A stretch of DNA of 64,000 bases. Origin: an uncultured Actinomycetes bacterium. GTDB lineage: Bacteria > Actinomycetota > UBA4738 > HRBIN12. Shown one piece after another: positions 53,165 to 61,132 of the stretch. The position numbers were made by a program, and so were the translations under genes. The stretch covers positions 1,440,001-1,504,000 of the forward strand of contig OY969934.1 of NCBI GenBank assembly GCA_963704725.1. Reading direction: 5' to 3'. The first letter of the stretch is position 1. Every line of letters begins with the position of its first letter. Below the pieces are notes generated by a model. That model was not told the origin of the DNA, ran no database searches, and saw only the letters and a list, made by a program, of their open reading frames with translations.

Positions 53165-54109
53165 ATGGACACGGCTCGGCTCGATCGTGGGTGGATGCTG
53201 ACGCGGCCGATCTGGCTGCGGTCGCCGGCTCGCCGGTCCGCCCTGGGCATCGCCGGCGCGCTCGTGCTGGCGGGCGCCGTCCTCGTTGCGGCGCCCGCCC
53301 GGGCCGACGTCTTCTCCAACCCGGCCCCGATCGCGATCCCGGAGCTCGGTCAGGCGAACCCGTATCCGTCGACGATCGACGTCGCCGGCCTCGACGGCAC
53401 GATCGAGGACGTCAACGTCACGATCACGGCGCTCACGCACACGTACCCCGACGACGTCGACATCCTCCTGGTCGGCCCCGCCGGCCAGACGGTCGTGTTG
53501 ATGGCGGACACGGGGGACGACGCGGACCTCGACGCCGTCATCCTGACGTTCGACGACGCCGCGACCGCATCGCTTCCCGACGAAGCCGAGATCGTCTCCG
53601 GCACGTACAAGCCGACCTCGGGGGCGACGTGCGACGACGCCCCGGTATGCGGGTTCGGCGGCGACGCCCCGGCTCCCGCCGGGCCGTACGGGGCGACCCT
53701 CGACGTCCTGAACGGCGCCGGCCCGAACGGGGCGTGGAGCCTGTTCGTGTACGACGACGAGGACTTCGACTCGGGGTTCCTGGCGGGTGGGTGGAGCCTG
53801 GACATCGCGACGACGGGGGGGTCGCCCGACCACGAGCGGACGCTGACCTTGCGCGTCGGCGGCCGGGCCAGGGGCGCGGTGCGCGTCGAGGACGGGTTCT
53901 CGGCCTGCGCGTCGCACGTTCCGGTCAAGGTGCAGCGGCGTCAGGGTGGCTCCTGGAGGACGGTCGGCAGGGACGAGACCGGGGGCGGCGGTGCGTTCGT
54001 CGTCCCCGGCACGGGCGAGCCGGGGCGATACCGGGCCATCGCCAAGAGCGTGGAGCTCCCCTCCGGCGACCTGTGCCGGAAGGCGATCTCGCCGGTCGTC
54101 ACATCCTGA
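53165..54109 (+). CDS. Secreted P-domain protein, paralog of the upstream gene
   Basis: Signal peptide ending APARA; FSNPAPIAIP, HTYPDDVDILLVGP, NGAWSLFVYDD, GGWSL. Confidence 0.85.
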   Translation: MDTARLDRGWMLTRPIWLRSPARRSALGIAGALVLAGAVLVAAPARADVFSNPAPIAIPELGQANPYPSTIDVAGLDGTIEDVNVTITALTHTYPDDVDILLVGPAGQTVVLMADTGDDADLDAVILTFDDAATASLPDEAEIVSGTYKPTSGATCDDAPVCGFGGDAPAPAGPYGATLDVLNGAGPNGAWSLFVYDDEDFDSGFLAGGWSLDIATTGGSPDHERTLTLRVGGRARGAVRVEDGFSACASHVPVKVQRRQGGSWRTVGRDETGGGGAFVVPGTGEPGRYRAIAKSVELPSGDLCRKAISPVVTS

Positions 54110-54117
54110 CCCCGGGG

Positions 54118-55269
54118 GTGAGCACGGCGCCGCGAACGCCACCGCGCGCCGAGGTCGTGGGCTCGCTGCTTCGGCCTCCCGCGCTCCGCGCCGCGGTCGA
54201 CGAGTTCTACGGTGCGGGGCATTCGGCCGTGCTCGCCGAGGAGCGCGAGAAGGACCGGACGGCGCTGCGCGCGCTGGAGGACGCGGCGATCCGGGAGGCG
54301 GTCCGGCGGCAGGTGGACCTCGGCCTCGACGTGGTCACCGACGGCGAGTTCCGCCGGTGGATGTTCCTGAACTCCTTCTACGACGCCGTCGAGGGGTTCC
54401 GCACGGACAACGTGGTCCACTTCCGCAACGCCGCCGGCCGCCGGGTCCCGCTCGCCGTCCACGAGATCGTCGACCGCCTTCGCCCGGTCGACTCGCCGGC
54501 CTCTCGCGAGGCCGCGTTCATGGCGGAGGTGACCGAGGGCCACCCGTTCAAGGTCACGTTCCCCGCGGCGTCGATCTTCGGGCATCCCTTCTCGTACAAG
54601 CCGGACGTCACCTCCGGCTACGGCTCGCTCGACGAGTTCGTGGCCCACGCGATCGAGATCGAACGCGGGCTCGTGGCCGACGCCGTCGCGGCCGGGGCCG
54701 GGTGCGTCCAGTTCGACTTCCCCCTGTATCCGTACCTCGTCGACCCGGAGTGGATCGCCCGTTTCGGCGAGGCGGGCCACGACGTCTCGGCGCTCGTCGA
54801 CGCGGCGATCGCCGCCGACACCGCGGTGCTCGAGGGCATCCCGGACGAGGTCACGGTGGCCCTGCATGTCTGCCGGGGGAACTACCGCTCGTCGTGGATG
54901 TGCGAGGGCTCGCTCGAACCCGTCGCCGAGCGCGTGTTCGGCGAGCTCCCGTACGACGCGTTCCTCGTCGAGTGGGACGACCTCGGCCGCGACGGCGGGT
55001 TCGAGCCCGTCCGGTACCTCCGCCCGGAAGCCCGGATGGTCATGGGTCTCGTCTCGACGAAGACGCCGCGACTGGAGGAGGAGGCCGACCTGCTCGGGCG
55101 GATGGAGGAGGCGGCGTCGTTCGTCGGGGGGGACATCGACCGCCTCGCGATCAGCCCGCAGTGCGGGTTCGCCAGCGTCATGGTCGGCAACGAGATCGAC
55201 GAGGCGACGCAGTGGCGCAAGCTCGAGCTCGTCTCGCGAGTCGCCGAACGCCTGTGGGGCGGCGAGTGA
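54118..55269 (+). CDS. Cobalamin-independent methionine synthase II family protein (catalytic barrel only, YxjH-like)
   Basis: AEVVGSLLRP, VTDGEFRR, HVCRGN, VEWD, SPQCGFAS zinc ligands. Confidence 0.9.
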   Translation: MSTAPRTPPRAEVVGSLLRPPALRAAVDEFYGAGHSAVLAEEREKDRTALRALEDAAIREAVRRQVDLGLDVVTDGEFRRWMFLNSFYDAVEGFRTDNVVHFRNAAGRRVPLAVHEIVDRLRPVDSPASREAAFMAEVTEGHPFKVTFPAASIFGHPFSYKPDVTSGYGSLDEFVAHAIEIERGLVADAVAAGAGCVQFDFPLYPYLVDPEWIARFGEAGHDVSALVDAAIAADTAVLEGIPDEVTVALHVCRGNYRSSWMCEGSLEPVAERVFGELPYDAFLVEWDDLGRDGGFEPVRYLRPEARMVMGLVSTKTPRLEEEADLLGRMEEAASFVGGDIDRLAISPQCGFASVMVGNEIDEATQWRKLELVSRVAERLWGGE

Positions 55270-55275
55270 TCCGGA

Positions 55276-55761
55276 TCAGGACGAGCAGACGTCCGTCGCG
55301 TACGTGGCCGCCATGTCGCCGCGCTCCAGCGTGACGGGGTCGCCGGTGACGCTTCGCCACTGCAGCTCGAGCGTGATGGCGTGCGGCGCCGCCGACTGGT
55401 TGCGCTCCACCCACAGGTAGGCGAAGGAGCTCGGACCGCTCGCTCCCGGATCGAACGGCGCGGGGCCCGGCTTGCTCACGCGGGTCTGCCCGCCGATGTT
55501 CGTGCTCAGGATCCGGAACTCGACCGGCGCGCCGGAGACCACCGCGCTGACGTCGACCGTGATCGGGAAGATCGCGGTCGGCGTCGCCTCCAGCCCGGGA
55601 ACCGCCTCCCACGTGGTCGAGGACGTCGAGACGGACGAGGTCCGCCAGACCGTGTCGATGCAATCGACCGGCGACCTTCCGGTCGTCGTCACGGCCACCG
55701 CCGCCCACGCCCCGCCGGCCACGAGTGCGACGGCGCCGAGCGCCGCCATCACCTTCCGCAT
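55276..55761 (-). CDS. Secreted hypothetical protein (beta-rich, two Cys)
   Basis: GGAGG SD; signal peptide MRKVMAALGAVALVAGGAWA. Confidence 0.72.
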   Translation of the reverse strand: MRKVMAALGAVALVAGGAWAAVAVTTTGRSPVDCIDTVWRTSSVSTSSTTWEAVPGLEATPTAIFPITVDVSAVVSGAPVEFRILSTNIGGQTRVSKPGPAPFDPGASGPSSFAYLWVERNQSAAPHAITLELQWRSVTGDPVTLERGDMAATYATDVCSS

Positions 55762-55865
55762 GACGTCCTCCTCCGATGCGTCCGGCGGCCGAGGGTAGGC
55801 CATCGCGACCGGTACGTCGAGACATCCGATCGCTCGGCGCGAGGGCGGGGGGTACCATCCACCGC

Positions 55866-57279
55866 GTGACGGTGGGGGACCGGCCGCTCCGGCTCGACGC
55901 CTCTCGCGAGGACGCGCTCGAGCACGCCGTCAAGCTCGTCACCGAGGCGTGGCGCTCGTTCGACCGGTACCGCCCCGAGGAGCCGCCGCTCGACGAGCGG
56001 GTTCGGGCGCTCCTTCGCGCCTCGCTTCCCGAGAGCCCCACGCCGGTCCACGAGGCGCTCGACGACACGGCGCGCATCCTCGACGAATCGATCGCCCAGC
56101 CCCGGCCGCGCTACTTCGCGTTCGTCGGGTCGAGCGGGCTGGAGATCGGCACGATCGGCGATCTCCTCGCGCACACGTACGACATCAACCTGGCCGTCGA
56201 CGCCCGAGCCGCGACCGAGATCGAGCAGCAGGCCGTGCGGTGGGCCGCGGCCTTCGTCGGCTATCCGGAGTCCTCCGCGGGGGCTTTCACGAGCGGCGGC
56301 ACGATCTCCAACACGAGCGCGCTGGCTGCCGCGCGGGAGTTCGCGCTGCCGCGGAGCCGGTTCGAGGGGCTGGCCGGCCATCGCGTCGCGGTGTACTGCT
56401 CGCAGGAGGTGCACTACTCGATCACCCGGGCCATCGAGATGCTCGGGATCGGCGCCCGCAATCTCCGGGCCATCCCGCTCGGACCGGACCGGGGGCTGAT
56501 CCCCGAGGCGCTCGGCGAGGCGATCGACCGTGACCGGCGGGACGGCGTGACGCCGGTGGCCGTGGTGGCGACGGCCGGCACGACGCTCACCGGCGCGATC
56601 GACCCGCTCGAGGACGTGGCCGACGTGTGCGAGGAGCGCGGGGTCTGGCTCCACGTCGACGGCGCGTACGGGCTCCCGGCGGCGGCGGTCCGCCCCGAGC
56701 TGTTCCGCGGGATCGAGCGGGCCCACTCGGCCTCGGTGGACGCCCACAAGTGGCTGTACCTCCCCAAGGCCTGCGGCGTCGTGCTGGTCCGCCGGCAGGA
56801 GGACCTCATCGCCGCGTTCGCGCACGAGCAGGGGTACCTGCCGCACCAGCGTCACGAGCTCCACGCGGTCGACATCACGTTCGAGTACTCGCGGCCGTTC
56901 CGGGCGCTGAAGCTGTGGCTCGCGATGCGCGCGCACGGCGCGCAGGCCTTCCGAGACGCCATCGAGCGCAACCTGGGCGAGGCGCACCTGCTGTGGGAGA
57001 CCATCGAACGGCGGGAGCGAGTTCGAGGCGCTGGCCGAGCCGAGGCTCTCGATCGTGCCCTTCCGCCACGTGCCATCGGGGATCCCCGACCTCAACGAGC
57101 ACAACCAGCGGCTGGCCGACGCCCTGCAGGAGGACGGACGGTTCTGGATCGCCAGCGCGCTCATCGACGGCGAGGTCTGGCTCCGCCCGTGCTTCGTCAA
57201 CTTCCGCACCACCGAGGAGGACGTCCTCGACCTCCTCGACGTGGCGGCCGAGCTCGGCGAGAAGCTCGTCGGCGCTTAG
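55866..57279 (+). pseudogene. Group II PLP-dependent decarboxylase (aromatic amino acid/glutamate type), frameshift near 57018
   Basis: FTSGGT, HYSI, AGTT, WLHVDGAYG, DAHKW, ALKLW. C-terminus (EFEALAEPRLSIVPFR...RPCFVNFRT) lies in another frame. Confidence 0.85.
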
Positions 57280-57316
57280 CCTCTAGACTGCCCGCGGCAT
57301 CCGACCGGAGGGATCG

Positions 57317-57808
57317 ATGACCGAGCCGCTCGTCGGCGTCGTGATGGGCTCGACGTCGGACTGGGAGACGATGCAGCACTGCGCAGAGCAGCTGCGGGCG
57401 TTCGGCGTTGCGTTCGAGGCCCGCGTGCTCTCGGCCCACCGGACCCCGAACGAGCTGTCGGAATGGATCCGCGAGGCCGAGTCGCGCGGGGTCGAGGTGT
57501 TCGTCGCCGCCGCGGGGATGGCCGCGGCGCTGCCCGGCGTCGTGGCGTCGCAGACCACGCGGCCGGTGCTCGGCGTGCCGATGGAGACGAGGCTCGCCGG
57601 CGGGCTCGACTCGCTCCTGTCGATGGTGCAGATGCCGGGCGGGATCCCGGTTGGCGTGCTCGCGATCGGCAGGGCCGGCGCCGTGAACGCCGCGATCCTG
57701 GCCACCCAGATCCTGGCGGCCTCGCGCCCCGAGCTTCGGGCCGCCGTCGAGGGCCACCGGGCCGAGCAGGCCGCCCGGATCCTGGCCGAATCCGACCCCT
57801 CGGCCTGA
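57317..57808 (+). CDS. purE: N5-carboxyaminoimidazole ribonucleotide mutase
   Basis: VMGSTSD, LSAHRTP, AGMAAALPG, GLDSLLSMVQMPGGIPV. Confidence 0.95.
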   Translation: MTEPLVGVVMGSTSDWETMQHCAEQLRAFGVAFEARVLSAHRTPNELSEWIREAESRGVEVFVAAAGMAAALPGVVASQTTRPVLGVPMETRLAGGLDSLLSMVQMPGGIPVGVLAIGRAGAVNAAILATQILAASRPELRAAVEGHRAEQAARILAESDPSA

Positions 57809-58074
57809 TGCCGTACCTGACGTGTCCGTGGTGCCTGGTGCCCCAGCACGTCGACGATCGCGCTCCCGGATACCAATGCGCCACGTGCTACGGACAGATC
57901 CGCTTCTTCAAGTGCCCGCTGTGCGGCCTGGTCCAGACGGTGAGCGAGCGCTGGGAGGCGTTCACGTGCGAGCGGTGCGAGCAGAAGATCGACCTGCCGT
58001 ACCGATGGAGCTACGACGCGAACGCCAGGGCCATGCTCGTCGAGGGGACGGGCCACCCCTGGCCCCGGCTGTGA
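57808..58074 (+). CDS. Small protein with four CxxC motifs (double zinc ribbon)
   Basis: TGATG coupling to purE; CPWC, CATC, CPLC, CERC. Confidence 0.78.
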   Translation: MPYLTCPWCLVPQHVDDRAPGYQCATCYGQIRFFKCPLCGLVQTVSERWEAFTCERCEQKIDLPYRWSYDANARAMLVEGTGHPWPRL

Positions 58075-58075
58075 G

Positions 58076-58933
58076 TCACCCGCGCTTGCGGTAGGCCCAC
58101 CAGGCCGTGCTCGAGGCGAGCAGGCCGACGACCATCGCGCCGCCGAAGCGCATCAGCCCCGACAGGCGCTGGATGACGACGAGCGGCTCCGGTTGCAGGT
58201 CGAGGAGCGCCTTGAGCTGCTGCCCCGTCATCTGGACGGCCCGCGCGTGCTCGATCGCCGCGTCCTTCCATACGAACCACAGGACGGCCGAGATCACGAC
58301 GGCGACGGCTCCGGCCATCGAGGCGAGGATCGAGATCGAGGGGCTCACGAACCACGGCATCGCGGAGCCGCGGTCGAAGCCGTAGAGGAACCACACCACG
58401 CCGTAGACACCGAGCACGGCGGCGAGACCCTGACCGACCATCCCGACCAACGCAGCCTGGCCCTTCAGCGTGATCTCCCCGACCAGGCGGGGATCCACGC
58501 GGTCGGTGGTGTCCGTGATCACCAACCGGACCCACGGGTCGCCGATCGCCCTCCAGGCGAGCACGGCGGCGCCGAGCGCGGCGAGCGACGCGACGAGCAT
58601 GGCGAAGTCCGGTCTGGCCGAGCTCCGACCCTCGCCGGGGAGGGCGCGACGGACGCTCAGGTCCGGGACCGGGCGAGGCGCCGGAGCAGGGGCGGCGGGA
58701 GTGGCCCAGACCGCGGGTTGCGGCCGGGCGGCCTCTTCCTGGGGGAAGCCCACGCGCGATCCGCGGGACCCGGCCGAGGCGGTCGGGGCGCCGAGGATCG
58801 GCGAGCTGACGGCTGTCCGTGCGGGCTCGCGCTCGGCGCCGGGCTCGCGCTCCTGCAGGAGCGACTTCCCGCACCGGGTGCATCGGATGACCGAGTCTCG
58901 CAGCTCGGCCTCGCAGAACGGACAGGGCTTCAC
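58076..58933 (-). CDS. Membrane protein with N-terminal zinc ribbon
   Basis: GGAG then GTG; KPCPFC...CTRC, Pro-rich linker, about 4 TM segments. Confidence 0.78.
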   Translation of the reverse strand: MKPCPFCEAELRDSVIRCTRCGKSLLQEREPGAEREPARTAVSSPILGAPTASAGSRGSRVGFPQEEAARPQPAVWATPAAPAPAPRPVPDLSVRRALPGEGRSSARPDFAMLVASLAALGAAVLAWRAIGDPWVRLVITDTTDRVDPRLVGEITLKGQAALVGMVGQGLAAVLGVYGVVWFLYGFDRGSAMPWFVSPSISILASMAGAVAVVISAVLWFVWKDAAIEHARAVQMTGQQLKALLDLQPEPLVVIQRLSGLMRFGGAMVVGLLASSTAWWAYRKRG

Positions 58934-59055
58934 CTCCAGGGTTTCGACCCCCGGCCCGACGCTCTTGAGCAGCCGGCCGCGAGATCCGTGCTCGGTGCGT
59001 GCCCGGGACGCCCCCCGATCGATCGGGCTCGTGAACCAGGCACCCTTCCGTGCGC

Positions 59056-59081
59056 GTTTGGGACCGCGAGGTCCCGGGTAC
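59056..59081 (+). promoter_or_regulatory. SigB/SigF-type promoter GTTT-N16-GGGTAC
   Basis: Matches the group 3 stress sigma consensus and lies upstream of an anti-anti-sigma gene. Confidence 0.55.
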
Positions 59082-59134
59082 GCGTGGCGAGGAACGTTGC
59101 GTGGATCCCCCCGCGGGATCGAGGGAGTGACGGC

Positions 59135-59446
59135 ATGCTTGGCCTCTCGGTGGAGCGCGTGTCCGATCGCGCGTTCGTCGCGGCGGGCGAGCTCGACCTC
59201 TCCACCGCCGATCGGTTCGACTCGGTGATGGCGAGGGCCAAGGGCAACGCCGATCCCATCCTGCTCGACCTGTCGGGCGTGACGTTCATCGACAGCTCCG
59301 GGATCCGCAGCCTGATCCGGCTCGGCCTGCTCCTGCGAGAGACCGGGTTGATCCTGCGCGACCCGTCGCCGCGCGTGCGGCAGATCCTCGAGCTGCGGGG
59401 CCTCGACGCCGCGGGACTGTGGAGCGTCGAGCCGGCCGGCGTCTGA
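59135..59446 (+). CDS. STAS domain anti-sigma factor antagonist
   Basis: GELDLSTA, LDLSGVTFIDSSG phosphorylation motif. Confidence 0.9.
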   Translation: MLGLSVERVSDRAFVAAGELDLSTADRFDSVMARAKGNADPILLDLSGVTFIDSSGIRSLIRLGLLLRETGLILRDPSPRVRQILELRGLDAAGLWSVEPAGV

Positions 59447-59479
59447 CCGGATCGGCTCGGCCGTCGGTAGCCTGTCGCC

Positions 59480-60127
59480 GTGAGGCGTGCCCTCGCCGGC
59501 GGTCTGATCTTGGCGATCCTGCTCGTTCCCGCCGTGGCGTGGGCGGGCGATCCTCCGTTCGAGGCGTCCGTGTCGCGACTGGATCGCGAGACACGGCAGA
59601 TGATGATCGGAGGCTCCTGGCATCCGGGCTGCCCGGTTCCCCTGAGGAACCTCCGGCTCGTCCGGCTCACCTTCTGGGGCTTCGACGACGCGGCGCACCA
59701 GGGGGAGCTGATCGTGCACCGCGGATGGGCCGACGAGATCGTCCGGGTGTTCCACCGGCTGTACCTGCGCCGGTTCCCGATCCGCAGGATGGAGCTCGTG
59801 GACGCCTACGGCGCCGACGACCGGGAGTCGATGCGCCACGACAACACATCGGCGTTCAACTGCCGGTTCGTGGCCGGGACCACGACGTGGTCGCAGCACG
59901 CGTACGGGCGGGCGATCGACGTCAACCCCGTCGAGAACCCCTACGTCCGAGGCTCGCACGTCTCGCCCAGGCGGGGGAGGCGGTTCCTCGACCGCTCGGA
60001 CGTGCGCTCCGGCATGGTCGTCGAGGGCGATGTGGCGTGGCGGGCCTTCGACCGCATCGGCTGGGGATGGGGCGGGAGCTGGACCGGCGCCCGGGACTAC
60101 CAGCACTTCTCCGCGAACGGACGGTAG
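59480..60127 (+). CDS. M15 family D-Ala-D-Ala carboxypeptidase-like metallopeptidase, secreted
   Basis: Signal peptide; NTSAFNCR, SQHAYGRAIDVNP, WGWGG, DYQHF. Confidence 0.92.
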   Translation: MRRALAGGLILAILLVPAVAWAGDPPFEASVSRLDRETRQMMIGGSWHPGCPVPLRNLRLVRLTFWGFDDAAHQGELIVHRGWADEIVRVFHRLYLRRFPIRRMELVDAYGADDRESMRHDNTSAFNCRFVAGTTTWSQHAYGRAIDVNPVENPYVRGSHVSPRRGRRFLDRSDVRSGMVVEGDVAWRAFDRIGWGWGGSWTGARDYQHFSANGR

Positions 60128-60141
60128 GCGCCGGATCCGAG

Positions 60142-60191
60142 TTGCGCTTCGAGGCGACCGTGTGTAGCATCGACATTCAGAATCTTCTGAA
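60142..60191 (+). promoter_or_regulatory. Promoter TTGCGC-N17-TAGCAT with downstream operator TTCAGAA-TC-TTCTGAA
   Basis: -35 at 60142, -10 at 60165, perfect 7-bp inverted repeat 60176-60191 over the expected start site. Confidence 0.7.
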
Positions 60192-60220
60192 GCTCCCGCT
60201 TTGATCGAAAGGTGGTCGGG

Positions 60221-61132
60221 ATGGCTCCGGCGATCGTCACCCAGGGACTGTCCAAGCGCTTCGGATCGACGGACGCGCTCGTCGGCTTGGATCTGGAGGT
60301 CCCGGAGGGCGAGGTCCTCGGGTACCTGGGCCCGAACGGGGCGGGGAAGACCACGACGATCCGGCTGCTGCTCGGCCTGATCCGGGGCACCGCGGGCCGG
60401 GCCGAGATCTTCGGCATCGATTGCCAGGCCGATCCCGTGGCGGCTCATCGCCGCGTTGCCTACGTGCCCGGCGAGGCGAACCTGTGGCCCTCGCTCACCG
60501 GGACCGAGACCCTGCACCTGCTCGGCCGGGTGCACGGCCGCGTGGACACGTCCTACCGAGACCTGCTGATCGAACGGTTCGAGCTCGACCCGTCGAAGAA
60601 GGTGCGTGCGTACTCCAAGGGCAACCGGCAGAAGCTGATCCTGATCGCCGGCCTCATGTCGAGAGCCGACGTGCTCCTGCTGGACGAGCCGACGGCCGGA
60701 CTCGACCCGCTCATGGAGCGGGTCTTCCGGGAGTGCGCGGTGCAGGCGAGGGAGCGCGGCCAGACCCTCTTCCTGTCCTCGCACATCCTGTCCGAGGTGG
60801 AGGCGCTGTGCGACCGCATCGCGATCCTGCGCGCGGGTCACTTGGTGGAGGTGGGAACCCTGGCCGAGATGCGCCACCTCTCGGCGCTGTCGATCGACGC
60901 GGAGCTCGACGGCACGGTGCCGGACCTCTCGACGGTGCCGGGCGTGAGCGCGGTGGAGGTCGACGGGCGCCGGGTTCGGTGTCAGGTCACCGGCTCGGTC
61001 GAGCCGCTCCTCCTCGTGTTGGCCGGAGCCGGCGTGCAGCACCTCACGAGCCGAGAGCCGTCGCTCGAAGAGCTGTTCATGGCGCACTACGGAGACGACG
61101 GCCCCTCCAAGGAGGCCGGCGATGCCGCGTAG
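60221..61132 (+). CDS. ABC-2 type exporter ATP-binding protein
   Basis: GPNGAGKT, YSKGNRQK, LLDEPT, LSSH. Confidence 0.93.
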   Translation: MAPAIVTQGLSKRFGSTDALVGLDLEVPEGEVLGYLGPNGAGKTTTIRLLLGLIRGTAGRAEIFGIDCQADPVAAHRRVAYVPGEANLWPSLTGTETLHLLGRVHGRVDTSYRDLLIERFELDPSKKVRAYSKGNRQKLILIAGLMSRADVLLLDEPTAGLDPLMERVFRECAVQARERGQTLFLSSHILSEVEALCDRIAILRAGHLVEVGTLAEMRHLSALSIDAELDGTVPDLSTVPGVSAVEVDGRRVRCQVTGSVEPLLLVLAGAGVQHLTSREPSLEELFMAHYGDDGPSKEAGDAA

